Below, in pieces: positions 19,329-28,112 of a stretch of 64,000 bases of DNA. The notes beneath the pieces are model-generated. The model saw only the letters and a list, made by a program, of their open reading frames with translations, was not told where the DNA came from and did not search any database. Positions within the stretch are counted from its first letter, which is position 1; each line of letters starts with the position of its first letter. Source of the stretch: an uncultured Alphaproteobacteria bacterium. Its GTDB lineage: Bacteria; Pseudomonadota; Alphaproteobacteria; RF32; CAG-239. The translations under genes were made by a program, and so were the position numbers. The stretch covers positions 23,393 through 87,392 of the forward strand of contig CALXTN010000002.1 in assembly GCA_944391405.1 (NCBI GenBank). Reading direction: 5' to 3'.

Positions 19329-19650
19329 ATTTTCCTCTGATATAAGACAAAAAACATACATAAACTAGAAGAAATATATAAAAAGAAAAGTATAGACACA
19401 AGCAAAAACTAAAAATCTTAAACAGAAAAATCTAAACAAAAATAAACTGACTAAAAAGCAGAGTTTTTTAATAGTGATAGAGTGAGGGATAGATAGTTTC
19501 TTATAAAAACAATTGGTAATTATAAAAAAAAACAAAATTTTGCTTTCACCATAAAAGGATACATAAAATATCAAAATTATCCGTCAAAAAAAGAAACAAA
19601 TATTTAATCTGTAACATTAAGAAAAAATTGAATAAAAAGTTAAAAAAAAG

Positions 19651-19679
19651 TTGCAAAATAAATAAAAATAGATTATAAA
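19651..19679 (+). promoter_or_regulatory. Candidate sigma-70 promoter upstream of rpsB
   Basis: TTGCAA, 17-nt spacer, TATAAA. Confidence 0.35.
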
Positions 19680-19686
19680 GAACGCG

Positions 19687-19820
19687 AAAGCAGCAATGGT
19701 GCTGTTTTTTTATAATTCACACGCAGATACAGCGTCGGTGCTGTTTGAAATAAAGAACAACGCTTCACGCTCCGGTGTCCGAAATATTTCGGGCCGAAAT
19801 TCTGCGGAGGTTTAACCGGA
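19687..19820 (+). promoter_or_regulatory. Structured rpsB 5' leader (hairpins, repeated GGTGCTGTTT, alternative CCGAAAT/ATTTCGG pairings)
   Basis: See the finding on this region. Hairpin plus T7 at 19687-19711, a 10-nt direct repeat, mutually exclusive stems at 19779-19800, and a TCCGG/CCGGA closing helix. Confidence 0.35.
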
Positions 19821-19838
19821 AAATAAGGAAAAATAAAT

Positions 19839-20606
19839 ATGACACTTCCTACTTTTACATTACGTCAGCTCGTAGAGGCAGGCGTACACTTTGGACACCA
19901 CGCACGTCGTTGGAATCCACAAATGGCTCCATACATCTATGGCAAAAAAGATAATGTGCACATTATCAATCTTCAAAAGACATATCCTATGCTTTACACC
20001 GCTTTGGCTGTAGCACGTGATGTGGCTGCAAAAGGCGGCAAAGTATTATTCGTTGCAACAAAGCGTCAAGCACAAGATATAGTTAAAGAAAGTGCTGAAA
20101 GATGTGGACAATACTATGTTAACTATCGTTGGTTAGGTGGTATGTTGACTAACTGGAAGACAGTTAACAAATCAATCAGCCGTCTCGTTAAATTAAACGA
20201 AATGGAAGAAAAGAACGCATACGAAGGATACACCAAAAAAGAAATGCAAAACATCAAAAAAGAACAAGAAAAACTTGCTCTTTCGTTGGATGGTATTAAA
20301 AACATGGGAGGACAACCTGACTTATTGTTTGTAATTGATACTCCCAAAGAAACTTTAGCTATTAAAGAAGCTAAAAAATTGGGTATCCCTGTAATCGGTA
20401 TTACCGATACAAATGCAAATCCGAATGAAGTTGATTATCCGGTTCCGGGTAATGATGATGCAATTAGAGCAATTCAGTTGTATTGCGAATTAATTTCATC
20501 AGCCATTTTGGATGGTATGCAAGCAGAAGTTGCAGCACAAGGCGTAAAAGTTGAAGATGTGGTTGCAGCATCTGAAGAAAAATTTGAAAATGTAGAAAAC
20601 GCTTAA
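19839..20606 (+). CDS. rpsB: 30S ribosomal protein S2
   Basis: LVEAGVHFGHHARRWNPQM and the rest of the S2 signature. Followed by tsf. Confidence 0.95.
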   Translation: MTLPTFTLRQLVEAGVHFGHHARRWNPQMAPYIYGKKDNVHIINLQKTYPMLYTALAVARDVAAKGGKVLFVATKRQAQDIVKESAERCGQYYVNYRWLGGMLTNWKTVNKSISRLVKLNEMEEKNAYEGYTKKEMQNIKKEQEKLALSLDGIKNMGGQPDLLFVIDTPKETLAIKEAKKLGIPVIGITDTNANPNEVDYPVPGNDDAIRAIQLYCELISSAILDGMQAEVAAQGVKVEDVVAASEEKFENVENA

Positions 20607-20689
20607 TTTTAGATTGAGTAAAAACGGCGGTGGCAAAAGCTGCCGCCGAGTTGATGTATTCGAAGATTATCAAAACAAGGGGAAAAAGA

Positions 20690-21622
20690 ATGGCAGAAAT
20701 TACCGCAGCTATGGTAAAAAATTTGAGAGAGACCTCTGGTGCAGGCATGTTAGATTGCAAAAAGGCGCTAGTTGAAACAAACGGAAATATGGAAGAAGCA
20801 ATAGACTGGCTTCGTAAAAAAGGTTTAGCGTCAGCAGCTAAAAAGGCAAGCCGTATTGCAGCCGAAGGTTTGGTTTCTGTATATGTAGAAGGTAATGCAG
20901 GTGCAGTTGTTGAAGTAAACTCTGAAACAGACTTTGTTGCCAAGAATGATATTTTCCAAGATTATGTAGAAAATTCAGCAAAAGCTGCATTAGCCGTTAA
21001 AGGTGATATTGAAGCATTAAAAACATATACATGCCCAGTATGCGGCAAAGAAATGGGCTGCATCTTAACGGATATGATTGCTAAAATCGGTGAAAATATG
21101 AACTTACGTCGTTCAGCATACTTAAACGCAAATAACGGTATTGTATGCTCATATGTTCATAGTTCTGTACGTCCGAATGTTGGTAAAATTGGTGTATTGG
21201 TAAGCCTTGAAGGTAATGCTGATCCAGCCAAAATGCAAGAACTAGGTAAACATATCGCAATGCACATTGCTGCAACATCTCCGATTGCAATGACAATAGC
21301 AGATGTACCGGCCGAAGCTGTGGAACGTGAAAAGAGCATCTTCAGCGAACAAGCTTTAGCATCTGGTAAACCAGCAAATATCGTTGAAAAAATGGTAGAA
21401 GGACGCATTCGTAAGTACTATGAAGAAGTAGTTCTTGAAGAACAATCTTACATCATGGATCCGGATAAGAAGGTAAAAGATGTTGTTGCTGAATTTGCAA
21501 AAGAAAACAATGCAGAAGTAAAACTCGGTGGTTTTGTATGCTTCAAACTTGGTGAAGGTTTACAAAAGAAAGAAGAAGACTTTGCTGCAGAAGTTGCTGC
21601 TCAGTTGGGTAAATCCGCATAA
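20690..21622 (+). CDS. tsf: Elongation factor Ts
   Basis: MAEITAAMVKNLRETSGAGMLDCKKAL UBA-like N-terminus. I chose the internal ATG after a GGGGAAA SD over the ORF-track start. Confidence 0.95.
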   Translation: MAEITAAMVKNLRETSGAGMLDCKKALVETNGNMEEAIDWLRKKGLASAAKKASRIAAEGLVSVYVEGNAGAVVEVNSETDFVAKNDIFQDYVENSAKAALAVKGDIEALKTYTCPVCGKEMGCILTDMIAKIGENMNLRRSAYLNANNGIVCSYVHSSVRPNVGKIGVLVSLEGNADPAKMQELGKHIAMHIAATSPIAMTIADVPAEAVEREKSIFSEQALASGKPANIVEKMVEGRIRKYYEEVVLEEQSYIMDPDKKVKDVVAEFAKENNAEVKLGGFVCFKLGEGLQKKEEDFAAEVAAQLGKSA

Positions 21623-21644
21623 TTTTACTCTGTAAGAAATAAAA

Positions 21645-21678
21645 AACAGGTTCTCGAAAGAGAGCCTGTTTTTTTTAC
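21645..21678. terminator. tsf terminator, overlapping the stop codon of convergent cobB
   Basis: AACAGGTTCTC GAAA GAGAGCCTGTT stem followed by T10. Confidence 0.8.
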
Positions 21679-22409
21679 TGATAAATGAGCAATTTTTCGA
21701 TAAAAATCGGTAATGTTTTAGAAATCTGACCATCAATGACAAGATCAAAGTCATGATAATTGGCTGGCTTTTCTAAATTCAAAACAATGGTTAAACCGGA
21801 ATGCTTGCGAACATCACATACAAAAGTTGAAGCCGGAGGGATAGTGCCGGAAGTTCCGATGGCAACAAATAAATCAGCTTCACAGAGCAGTTGTTTAATT
21901 TTGGGTGAGAAAAATATTTCTTCACCGAAAAAGACAATATTCGGGCGAAGCTCTCCAAGGCAAGTGCTACAACGAAGATTTTCAGTCCAAGGTTGCCATG
22001 TCTCTAAAATCTTTCCACAATTTACACATCTCAGTTGATTAATTTGTCCATGAATATGCCATACATTTTGAGAAAGCGCTTTTTCATGCAAAGTATCAAT
22101 GTTCTGAGTAATGATATGAATATCAGCATGCGAATGCTGTTGCAAATGAGCTAGAGACAGATGTGCGGAATTTGGCTGTGCCACAAACATCTGTTTGCGC
22201 AATTCGTTATAGAATTGGTGCACCAAAGATGGATTAGCCTGAAAACCTTGCAAAGAAGCGACAACTTCAGCATCATATTTATTCCACAAACCATTTGCAT
22301 CACGAAAAGTAGCTAAACCAGATTCAGCGGAAATACCGGCACCGGTTAAAAAAACGATTTTACGAAATTTACGAAGCATAAAATAATTTTTTAATGAGGT
22401 TCGGTCCAT
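21675..22409 (-). CDS. cobB: NAD-dependent protein deacylase, sirtuin (CobB-type), copy 1
   Basis: 244 aa. GAGISAESGLATFR, QNIDTLHEKA, HIHGQ, and Zn ribbon CVNCG...CSTC. GAGGAG SD before the ATG. Confidence 0.85.
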   Translation of the reverse strand: MDRTSLKNYFMLRKFRKIVFLTGAGISAESGLATFRDANGLWNKYDAEVVASLQGFQANPSLVHQFYNELRKQMFVAQPNSAHLSLAHLQQHSHADIHIITQNIDTLHEKALSQNVWHIHGQINQLRCVNCGKILETWQPWTENLRCSTCLGELRPNIVFFGEEIFFSPKIKQLLCEADLFVAIGTSGTIPPASTFVCDVRKHSGLTIVLNLEKPANYHDFDLVIDGQISKTLPIFIEKLLIYQ

Positions 22410-22573
22410 TCCTACTCCTCTGAATAATAAAACATAAATTTAAGAAAACAGAAATATCATACTACGCAAATACAAGCTGTCAAGAAAGAAAAGAGGATAG
22501 AGAAGGTTAAGATATTGACACAATATAGAGATTTTGATAAATTAACGCGCAAATTTATCAAAGGGGAAAGATA

Positions 22574-23506
22574 ATGCTATTTAATAAGGCTTTAATTTTA
22601 GGTATTGGTCTAATAGGTTCATCACTGGCACGTAATTTGAAAGAAAAAGAATTAGTTGATACGCTGGTAGTGTACGATAAAAATAAAGAAAATTTAGCGA
22701 AAGCGGAAAATCTAGGATTTGCAGATATTTATACAGATAGCATAAAAGAAGGAGCATCAGATGCGGATTTAATCATTTTTGCCACACCGGTTTGTGCTTT
22801 TGGAGATTTGGCTAAAGAAGTTGCTCAATATGTAAAAAAAGGAGCGGTGATTAGTGATGTAGGTTCCGTAAAGCAATATAGTTTGCAAGAAATAGAAAAA
22901 TATTTGAATAAAGATATGGGAGTAATTGTTGTAGGCGGACATCCTGTTGCCGGTACGGAAAAATCCGGTCCGGAAAATGGTTTTACATCTTTATTTAAGG
23001 GGCGCTGGTGTATTTTAACTCCTGATGACAATTCAACACCCGAGGCTATAAAAAAATTAACCAAGATGTGGGAAAGCTGTGATATGAAGGTTGATACAAT
23101 GGAAACAGCACATCATGATAAGGTAATGGCTGCAGTATCACACTTACCACAGCTAATAGCCTACTCCATTGTAGGAACAGTTGCCGATTTGGAAGGATAC
23201 GAGCATAAAGAGATAATCAAATATTCAGCAGGTGGTTTTCGTGATTTTACTCGTATTGCAGGATCAGATCCAACCATGTGGCGAGATATATTTTTAACCA
23301 ATAAGCAAACCGTACTAGAGTTAATACAAAGATTTATTGAAGATTTAGTAGCTTTAGAAAGAAACATCCGTTGGGATGAGGGAGATAAAATGTTTGATTT
23401 ATTTAAGCGCACACAAAAGATTCGTAAAGATGTAATAGAAGCAAAACAAGATCAGCCAGAGCACGAAAAACGGATTATGGAAGAACTAAAAAAACAACAA
23501 GCATAG
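22574..23506 (+). CDS. Prephenate/arogenate dehydrogenase
   Basis: 310 aa. Rossmann motif ILGIGLIGSSLA, plus GGHPVAGTEKSGP and the C-terminal dimerisation domain. Confidence 0.8.
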   Translation: MLFNKALILGIGLIGSSLARNLKEKELVDTLVVYDKNKENLAKAENLGFADIYTDSIKEGASDADLIIFATPVCAFGDLAKEVAQYVKKGAVISDVGSVKQYSLQEIEKYLNKDMGVIVVGGHPVAGTEKSGPENGFTSLFKGRWCILTPDDNSTPEAIKKLTKMWESCDMKVDTMETAHHDKVMAAVSHLPQLIAYSIVGTVADLEGYEHKEIIKYSAGGFRDFTRIAGSDPTMWRDIFLTNKQTVLELIQRFIEDLVALERNIRWDEGDKMFDLFKRTQKIRKDVIEAKQDQPEHEKRIMEELKKQQA

Positions 23507-23599
23507 ATTTTTAAGAGGAAAAGTCAGAAACGAAAAAGATTGACAACAGAAAATAATCAACTACATTATTAAAAAATAAAGTTTTTGAGGAGATTTATA

Positions 23600-24049
23600 A
23601 TGCGCAGAACAATGTTAAGTATTTTAGGCTCGGCACTATTATTGGTAGGTTGTGCTGATAATATCAATTCAGACCATTACTATACCAATCAAGCCGGCAG
23701 AGTATCAACTGTAGCACAATGCACGGTATTAAGCGTACGTTATGTAACGGTAGATAGCGATAGTGGCGCCGGTACTTTGATTGGCGGATTGGCCGGAGGT
23801 GTTGCCGGTTCAACAATCGGAGGTGGTAGTACAGCCCATACATTAGGTGCTGTTGGTGGTGCGTTATTAGGTGGCGTTGTCGGTAATGCGGCTGAAAAAG
23901 GTCTGTCAACGCAAACCGGTTTGGAATATATTGTTAAATTAGACAATGGACAAGTAATAAGCATTACACAAGGCACAGGACAAGCATTAGGAGTTGGGCA
24001 GCGTTGCTTAGTTTTATTTGGAAGTACCAACCGCGTAATAGCTCAATAA
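23600..24049 (+). CDS. Glycine-zipper outer-membrane lipoprotein (17-kDa surface-antigen / SlyB-like)
   Basis: Lipobox LLLVGC|A. Gly-zipper GGLAGGVAGSTIGGG...GAVGGALLGGVVG. ATG at 23600 follows a GAGGAG SD; the ORF-track TTG start is rejected. Confidence 0.75.
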   Translation: MRRTMLSILGSALLLVGCADNINSDHYYTNQAGRVSTVAQCTVLSVRYVTVDSDSGAGTLIGGLAGGVAGSTIGGGSTAHTLGAVGGALLGGVVGNAAEKGLSTQTGLEYIVKLDNGQVISITQGTGQALGVGQRCLVLFGSTNRVIAQ

Positions 24050-24907
24050 ATGAGAATAAAAAAAGGCCATATAGCCAGTGTGATGCTGGCTGTCGGATTG
24101 TTTAGCGGATACCTTTGGATACAAAATCCGAAGGTATCCGTTGTTATGTTGACGTATCAACGAGAAAAAATATTACCTCGTGCGATAGATAGTGTTTTAG
24201 CTCAAACGTATAAAGATTTTGAGTTTATAATAATCAATGATGGCTCGACGGATAACACGGATGATATTGTAAAAAGTTACAAAGACGAACGTATCCGCTA
24301 TTATAAAAATGATAAAAATTATGGGATAGCATATTCTCGTAATAAAGCCATAGATTTGGCACATGGAGAATATGTGATGATTATGGACGACGATGATAAA
24401 AGCTTGCCGGAAAGAATGGAACGACAAGTCGCTTTTTTAGATGAAAATGAGGATGTTACTGCTGTTGCAGGGCAGATTAGAGGGTTGCCTCGTATACCGG
24501 ATAACCATGATAATATAGCAGCTGGTTTGATACAGTATAATAATTTTGGTAATGCTAATATAATGTATAGAAGGGAATTTGCCAAAGCGCATAAGATACG
24601 CTATGATGAAAATTTAAGGGCAAGTGAAGACTGGGATTTTTGGGTAAATATGCTGTTTTCCGGAGCAAAATTTGCTTCAATTAAAGATGACATATTAGAA
24701 AGAAACGGAGTAAGCGAAAAACATTATGGCATCAGTTACGAAGCGGGAAATATCGCCGTCAGAGAAAAAATCGGACGAAGGTTTTCTTCTCAAAATCCTC
24801 AGAAATTTTATCAAGCTAATGCTTGTGAAAAAATAAAGCTGCTTGGCGATAAAAATATTTTTACCGCATCTTTTTATGAAAAATTATTAAAGATTAATTG
24901 CCCTTAA
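24050..24907 (+). CDS. Family 2 glycosyltransferase with N-terminal hydrophobic anchor
   Basis: 285 aa. VSVVMLTYQRE...AIDSVLAQTY..FEFIIINDGSTD and MDDDD (DxD). ATG directly abuts the lipoprotein stop codon. Confidence 0.8.
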   Translation: MRIKKGHIASVMLAVGLFSGYLWIQNPKVSVVMLTYQREKILPRAIDSVLAQTYKDFEFIIINDGSTDNTDDIVKSYKDERIRYYKNDKNYGIAYSRNKAIDLAHGEYVMIMDDDDKSLPERMERQVAFLDENEDVTAVAGQIRGLPRIPDNHDNIAAGLIQYNNFGNANIMYRREFAKAHKIRYDENLRASEDWDFWVNMLFSGAKFASIKDDILERNGVSEKHYGISYEAGNIAVREKIGRRFSSQNPQKFYQANACEKIKLLGDKNIFTASFYEKLLKINCP

Positions 24908-25613
24908 GTTGCGCAAGCAATTCATCAACAAACGCCGGCAAAGTATCTCCGGCTTTTCCCATTACATGTTTATCAAAAAAGAAGTTATTCGAGGTAGCCT
25001 CCAAATTAAATTCTATCGTGTCGGCGCCATAATATTTGGCGGTTTGCACAAAACCCGCGGCAGGGTATACAACGCCGGAAGTTCCGACCGAAACAAATAA
25101 ATTAGAAGTTTTGAGTAAATTTTCAACTTTATCCATATAGAGCAGATTTTCACCAAAGAAGACAATATTAGGTTTCATCATACCCATGATATGGCAATTT
25201 TCACAACAAGTTTCGGAGGTGACATCTCCCCAGGTTTCAAGAATATGACCACAATTCATGCACACAGCCTGATTAATTTGCCCATGAATATGAAAAACAT
25301 TTTTGCTTTTAGCTTTTTCATGTAAAGTATCAATATTTTGCGTAATAATATTAACCTCAGCCGGATACTCGTTTTGTAATCGAGTGATAGCTAAATGGCC
25401 GGCATTAGGCTTTGCATTCCATAATTCCGGTTTCATATTATTATAAAAATCATGCACATAGTCTTGATTACGGTAATAAGCTTCAATGGTAGCCACATCT
25501 TCAACGCGGTGGTGATTCCATAATCCATCTTCACTGCGAAATGTTGCTAATCCGGATTCTGCAGAAATACCGGCGCCGGTAAGAAAGAGAATACGATTAT
25601 ATTTTTTAGGCAT
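24894..25613 (-). CDS. cobB: NAD-dependent protein deacylase, sirtuin (CobB-type), copy 2
   Basis: 239 aa. GAGISAESGLATFR, QNIDTLHEKA, HIHGQ, CMNCG...CENC. The 3' end overlaps the convergent GT2 gene by 14 nt. Confidence 0.85.
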   Translation of the reverse strand: MPKKYNRILFLTGAGISAESGLATFRSEDGLWNHHRVEDVATIEAYYRNQDYVHDFYNNMKPELWNAKPNAGHLAITRLQNEYPAEVNIITQNIDTLHEKAKSKNVFHIHGQINQAVCMNCGHILETWGDVTSETCCENCHIMGMMKPNIVFFGENLLYMDKVENLLKTSNLFVSVGTSGVVYPAAGFVQTAKYYGADTIEFNLEATSNNFFFDKHVMGKAGDTLPAFVDELLAQLKGN

Positions 25614-25722
25614 TGAAAACTCTCCCGTAAAGATAAAAAATTAAATGTTTTCTTAAACAATTTCCAATATATATAACACAAACAGAAAGATAGCAACTTT
25701 TTTATAAAACGGAGAACAAATA

Positions 25723-26451
25723 ATGTGCTGTAACGGGATAATCGTTATATTGGCGCTGCTGATAGGGTTTGCAGCGATTTTATATTTATTGTACCAAACG
25801 TATTCATACATCAAATGCGGATGCGGTAAATATGGTCCCTTTGTGTCATCATATGGAAAAATAAAAGAAGATATGATTGAAGAGGCAAGAGTAATCTTAA
25901 AAAAAGCCAAACATAAAATGAAAGTGACAGATTTAGGTTGTGGCAGCGGTACACTTTTGTTACCATTAGCCAAAGAATTTCCTGAGCACGAGTTTATCGG
26001 TTATGAATGGGATATAGTGCCTTTAACAATGGGAAAAATCAAAGCTGCAGGCCTAAAAAATATCACCTTCATTAAAGGGGATTATATGAAACAAGACTAT
26101 CGAGATATGGACTTAATTATGTGCTATGTTTTGAAAGTGACCGGCGAACCGTTAGGAAAAATTTTGGCTGAGAATATTAAAGAGAATTGTGTCGTAATTT
26201 CTGAAATGTTTCCTTTAGGGCACCTTGAAGAAATTAAACAAATAGATTCTTCAATCTATGGTGTTCCAGAAAAGATTTTTGTGTATAGAAAGCCCAAAGC
26301 CGAGAAGGGAAACTCAAAGAAAGGTAGTACAGAAAAGAAAAAGACAGTAAAGTCGCAACCAACCAAGACGGAAAAAGCAGTTAAATCAAAAATGACAAGT
26401 AAGACCGTAAAGAAAAATGCAAAGGGGGGCAAAAATGTCAAGAAGAAGTAG
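25723..26451 (+). CDS. Membrane-anchored class I SAM-dependent methyltransferase with Lys-rich C-terminal tail
   Basis: 242 aa. TM IIVILALLIGFAAILYLLY, motif I VTDLGCGSG, and a roughly 50-aa tail (KPKAEKGNSKKGSTEKKKTVKSQPTKTEKAVKSK...). Confidence 0.65.
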   Translation: MCCNGIIVILALLIGFAAILYLLYQTYSYIKCGCGKYGPFVSSYGKIKEDMIEEARVILKKAKHKMKVTDLGCGSGTLLLPLAKEFPEHEFIGYEWDIVPLTMGKIKAAGLKNITFIKGDYMKQDYRDMDLIMCYVLKVTGEPLGKILAENIKENCVVISEMFPLGHLEEIKQIDSSIYGVPEKIFVYRKPKAEKGNSKKGSTEKKKTVKSQPTKTEKAVKSKMTSKTVKKNAKGGKNVKKK

Positions 26452-26770
26452 TTTTATCATCTTTATCATAGCAACCATTGTTATAATGACTTCATTTGTA
26501 TTAAATTTTGGTAAGGTAACAGCCCCAGTTTCTCATACTTTTGCAGCAATGCAGAATATATACATAGCCCTAACAGCGGTAATTGCCTCATTATTATTGA
26601 TAAAGCAAAAATACTATTGGCTAGAGATGTTAGGCGTTGCGGTTATTGCAGCAATCATCATTGAGGTGGTGGTTTTAGGCGGAACCTTGATAAGTATAGC
26701 TGTGCTTTATAAAATTGTAGCTATAGCGGTTTATGCTTATTGGATACAATTAATGCGCTTTATGTTTTAG
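26435..26770 (+). CDS. Small polytopic membrane protein
   Basis: 111 aa from the ATG preceded by a GGGGGG SD. About 4 hydrophobic helices. Overlaps the methyltransferase 3' end by 17 nt. Confidence 0.45.
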   Translation: MSRRSSFIIFIIATIVIMTSFVLNFGKVTAPVSHTFAAMQNIYIALTAVIASLLLIKQKYYWLEMLGVAVIAAIIIEVVVLGGTLISIAVLYKIVAIAVYAYWIQLMRFMF

Positions 26771-26842
26771 GTCGTTAAAATCGTATTGCCTTATAGAATA
26801 AAATATGCTATATTAGTGCAAATTGAATAAGGTAACAAGAAA

Positions 26843-28009
26843 ATGACGGAAACAATTGAATTAAAACAAGAAGGCGAACTAAACGCAGCCGAGGTTGTCA
26901 AATTTTTTGATAACGTCAGAAATGAAAATGGAGAAAAATTAACGCAGAGCGAAAAACGTGGTCATCTGCGTTTTTTGTTCGTTCAACTCTATCATGATAA
27001 AGAAAAAAATACGTGTGAATTATCCGATGGAACCATTGTTCCGATAGTCGTGCATCGACGTCAAGAAGGGCGTGCTTCCGCATATTATTTAAATACGGCG
27101 CGAGCTCCTAGAGACGCCATATTTAAAGCCTTTGCTGAACGAATGGGAATAACGTATCGTACTCAAAAATCGGAAGCCAAAAAAATAGGGGAATTGATTG
27201 TCAGCGATGTAAAACATTTATTTGATGATGTAAAATCAGAAGATGGTAAAAAATTATCAGGTTTTAAAAAGCAGGACAGATTAAATGGATTGTTTCGCAA
27301 ATTATATGAACATCCCGAAGAAAATATCTGTGAAGTAGCCGGAAAGAAAATAGCGATAATTGTAGAACGATTAGGGGTAAATAATAGAACAGCGTTTTGC
27401 ATCAATGGGATTGAAAGTCGTCAAGAAGTATTGAAGGCTTTTGCAGATTGGGCAGGATGCCGTTACTGTCCGGAAAAAGAAGAACCTGAAAATCTGCAAG
27501 AAAAACAAGCCGGAGAATTAACCTCCAGAGAATGCGCCCGTATTTTTCATAAAGTAGAAAATCGCAGTCACGAATATAAAAAATATACGTCAGAGCGCTT
27601 GGCGCAATGGTTTGAATATATATACAATAATCCAAAATTAAATCAGGTTCGTTTGCCCAATGGAAGTTCTGTGGAAATAATTGTTCGTCGTCAAAGTTAT
27701 GCCCAACAATGCTATTGCCTAAATACATCAGATGAAACAGTTAAACCGTTTGTGCTAAAACGTGTTGCGGAAATATCCAAGGCAGAAATATGTTTAGAGA
27801 ATTTACACCTCAAACCACATAGCAAAAATGCGTTGTATAAAAGCATTATAGCTGTTTGCAAAGCTGAACAAACAGCGAAAACCGAAAGTGATAGAGTTTA
27901 TTATCGTACGTATGCGCAAAAAGCTTATGAGAGCCTATCACCGCGCAGCGGAGAGTTGACAGTAACAGAATGGTTGCAACATATCGCTTCTCAAAAAAGT
28001 AAGACGTAA
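26843..28009 (+). CDS. Hypothetical protein made of three ~105-aa tandem repeats (plus a truncated fourth)
   Basis: Each repeat starts with GEL (aa 11, 116, 224, 370). Shared columns include LF..LY..PE.N, I..IV.R and (A/C)(Y/F)CLN(T/G). No family recognised. Confidence 0.6.
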   Translation: MTETIELKQEGELNAAEVVKFFDNVRNENGEKLTQSEKRGHLRFLFVQLYHDKEKNTCELSDGTIVPIVVHRRQEGRASAYYLNTARAPRDAIFKAFAERMGITYRTQKSEAKKIGELIVSDVKHLFDDVKSEDGKKLSGFKKQDRLNGLFRKLYEHPEENICEVAGKKIAIIVERLGVNNRTAFCINGIESRQEVLKAFADWAGCRYCPEKEEPENLQEKQAGELTSRECARIFHKVENRSHEYKKYTSERLAQWFEYIYNNPKLNQVRLPNGSSVEIIVRRQSYAQQCYCLNTSDETVKPFVLKRVAEISKAEICLENLHLKPHSKNALYKSIIAVCKAEQTAKTESDRVYYRTYAQKAYESLSPRSGELTVTEWLQHIASQKSKT

Positions 28010-28112
28010 TAAAAACATAAAAAAAGATAAATCTGTTTACATTTAAAACAAAATGTTCTATGCTCCTGTTTGCTTTAAAAAACAACATTTAACAAATGGG
28101 GAATGATTTAAA

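Noticed and set aside
20464-20943. Long antisense or overlapping ORFs: the 159-aa ORF opposite rpsB/tsf, 23740-24030 opposite the Gly-zipper gene, 46670-47398 opposite tig, 61068-61538 opposite the CNNM gene, and many 60-120-aa ORFs.
   Set aside because: They lie opposite strongly supported conserved genes. Their composition is low-complexity or a mirror image of the sense gene, and they lack SD sequences. I treat them as non-coding shadows.
24894-24907. The 14-nt convergent overlap of the GT2 and cobB 3' ends, and the zero-gap abutment of the nfo and transporter stops at 44146/44147, as regulatory antisense arrangements.
   Set aside because: Tight convergent packing occurs repeatedly in this compact genome. 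There is no additional structure or conservation evidence available to me.
21675-25613. SIR2-domain genes as part of an anti-phage defence system (Thoeris, DSR or SIR2-HerA style).
   Set aside because: Both proteins are minimal 240-aa CobB-type deacylases with intact Zn ribbons and canonical NAD-pocket motifs. There are no fused or adjacent sensor, TIR, HerA, pAgo or helicase partners, and the genes between them are metabolic or envelope genes.
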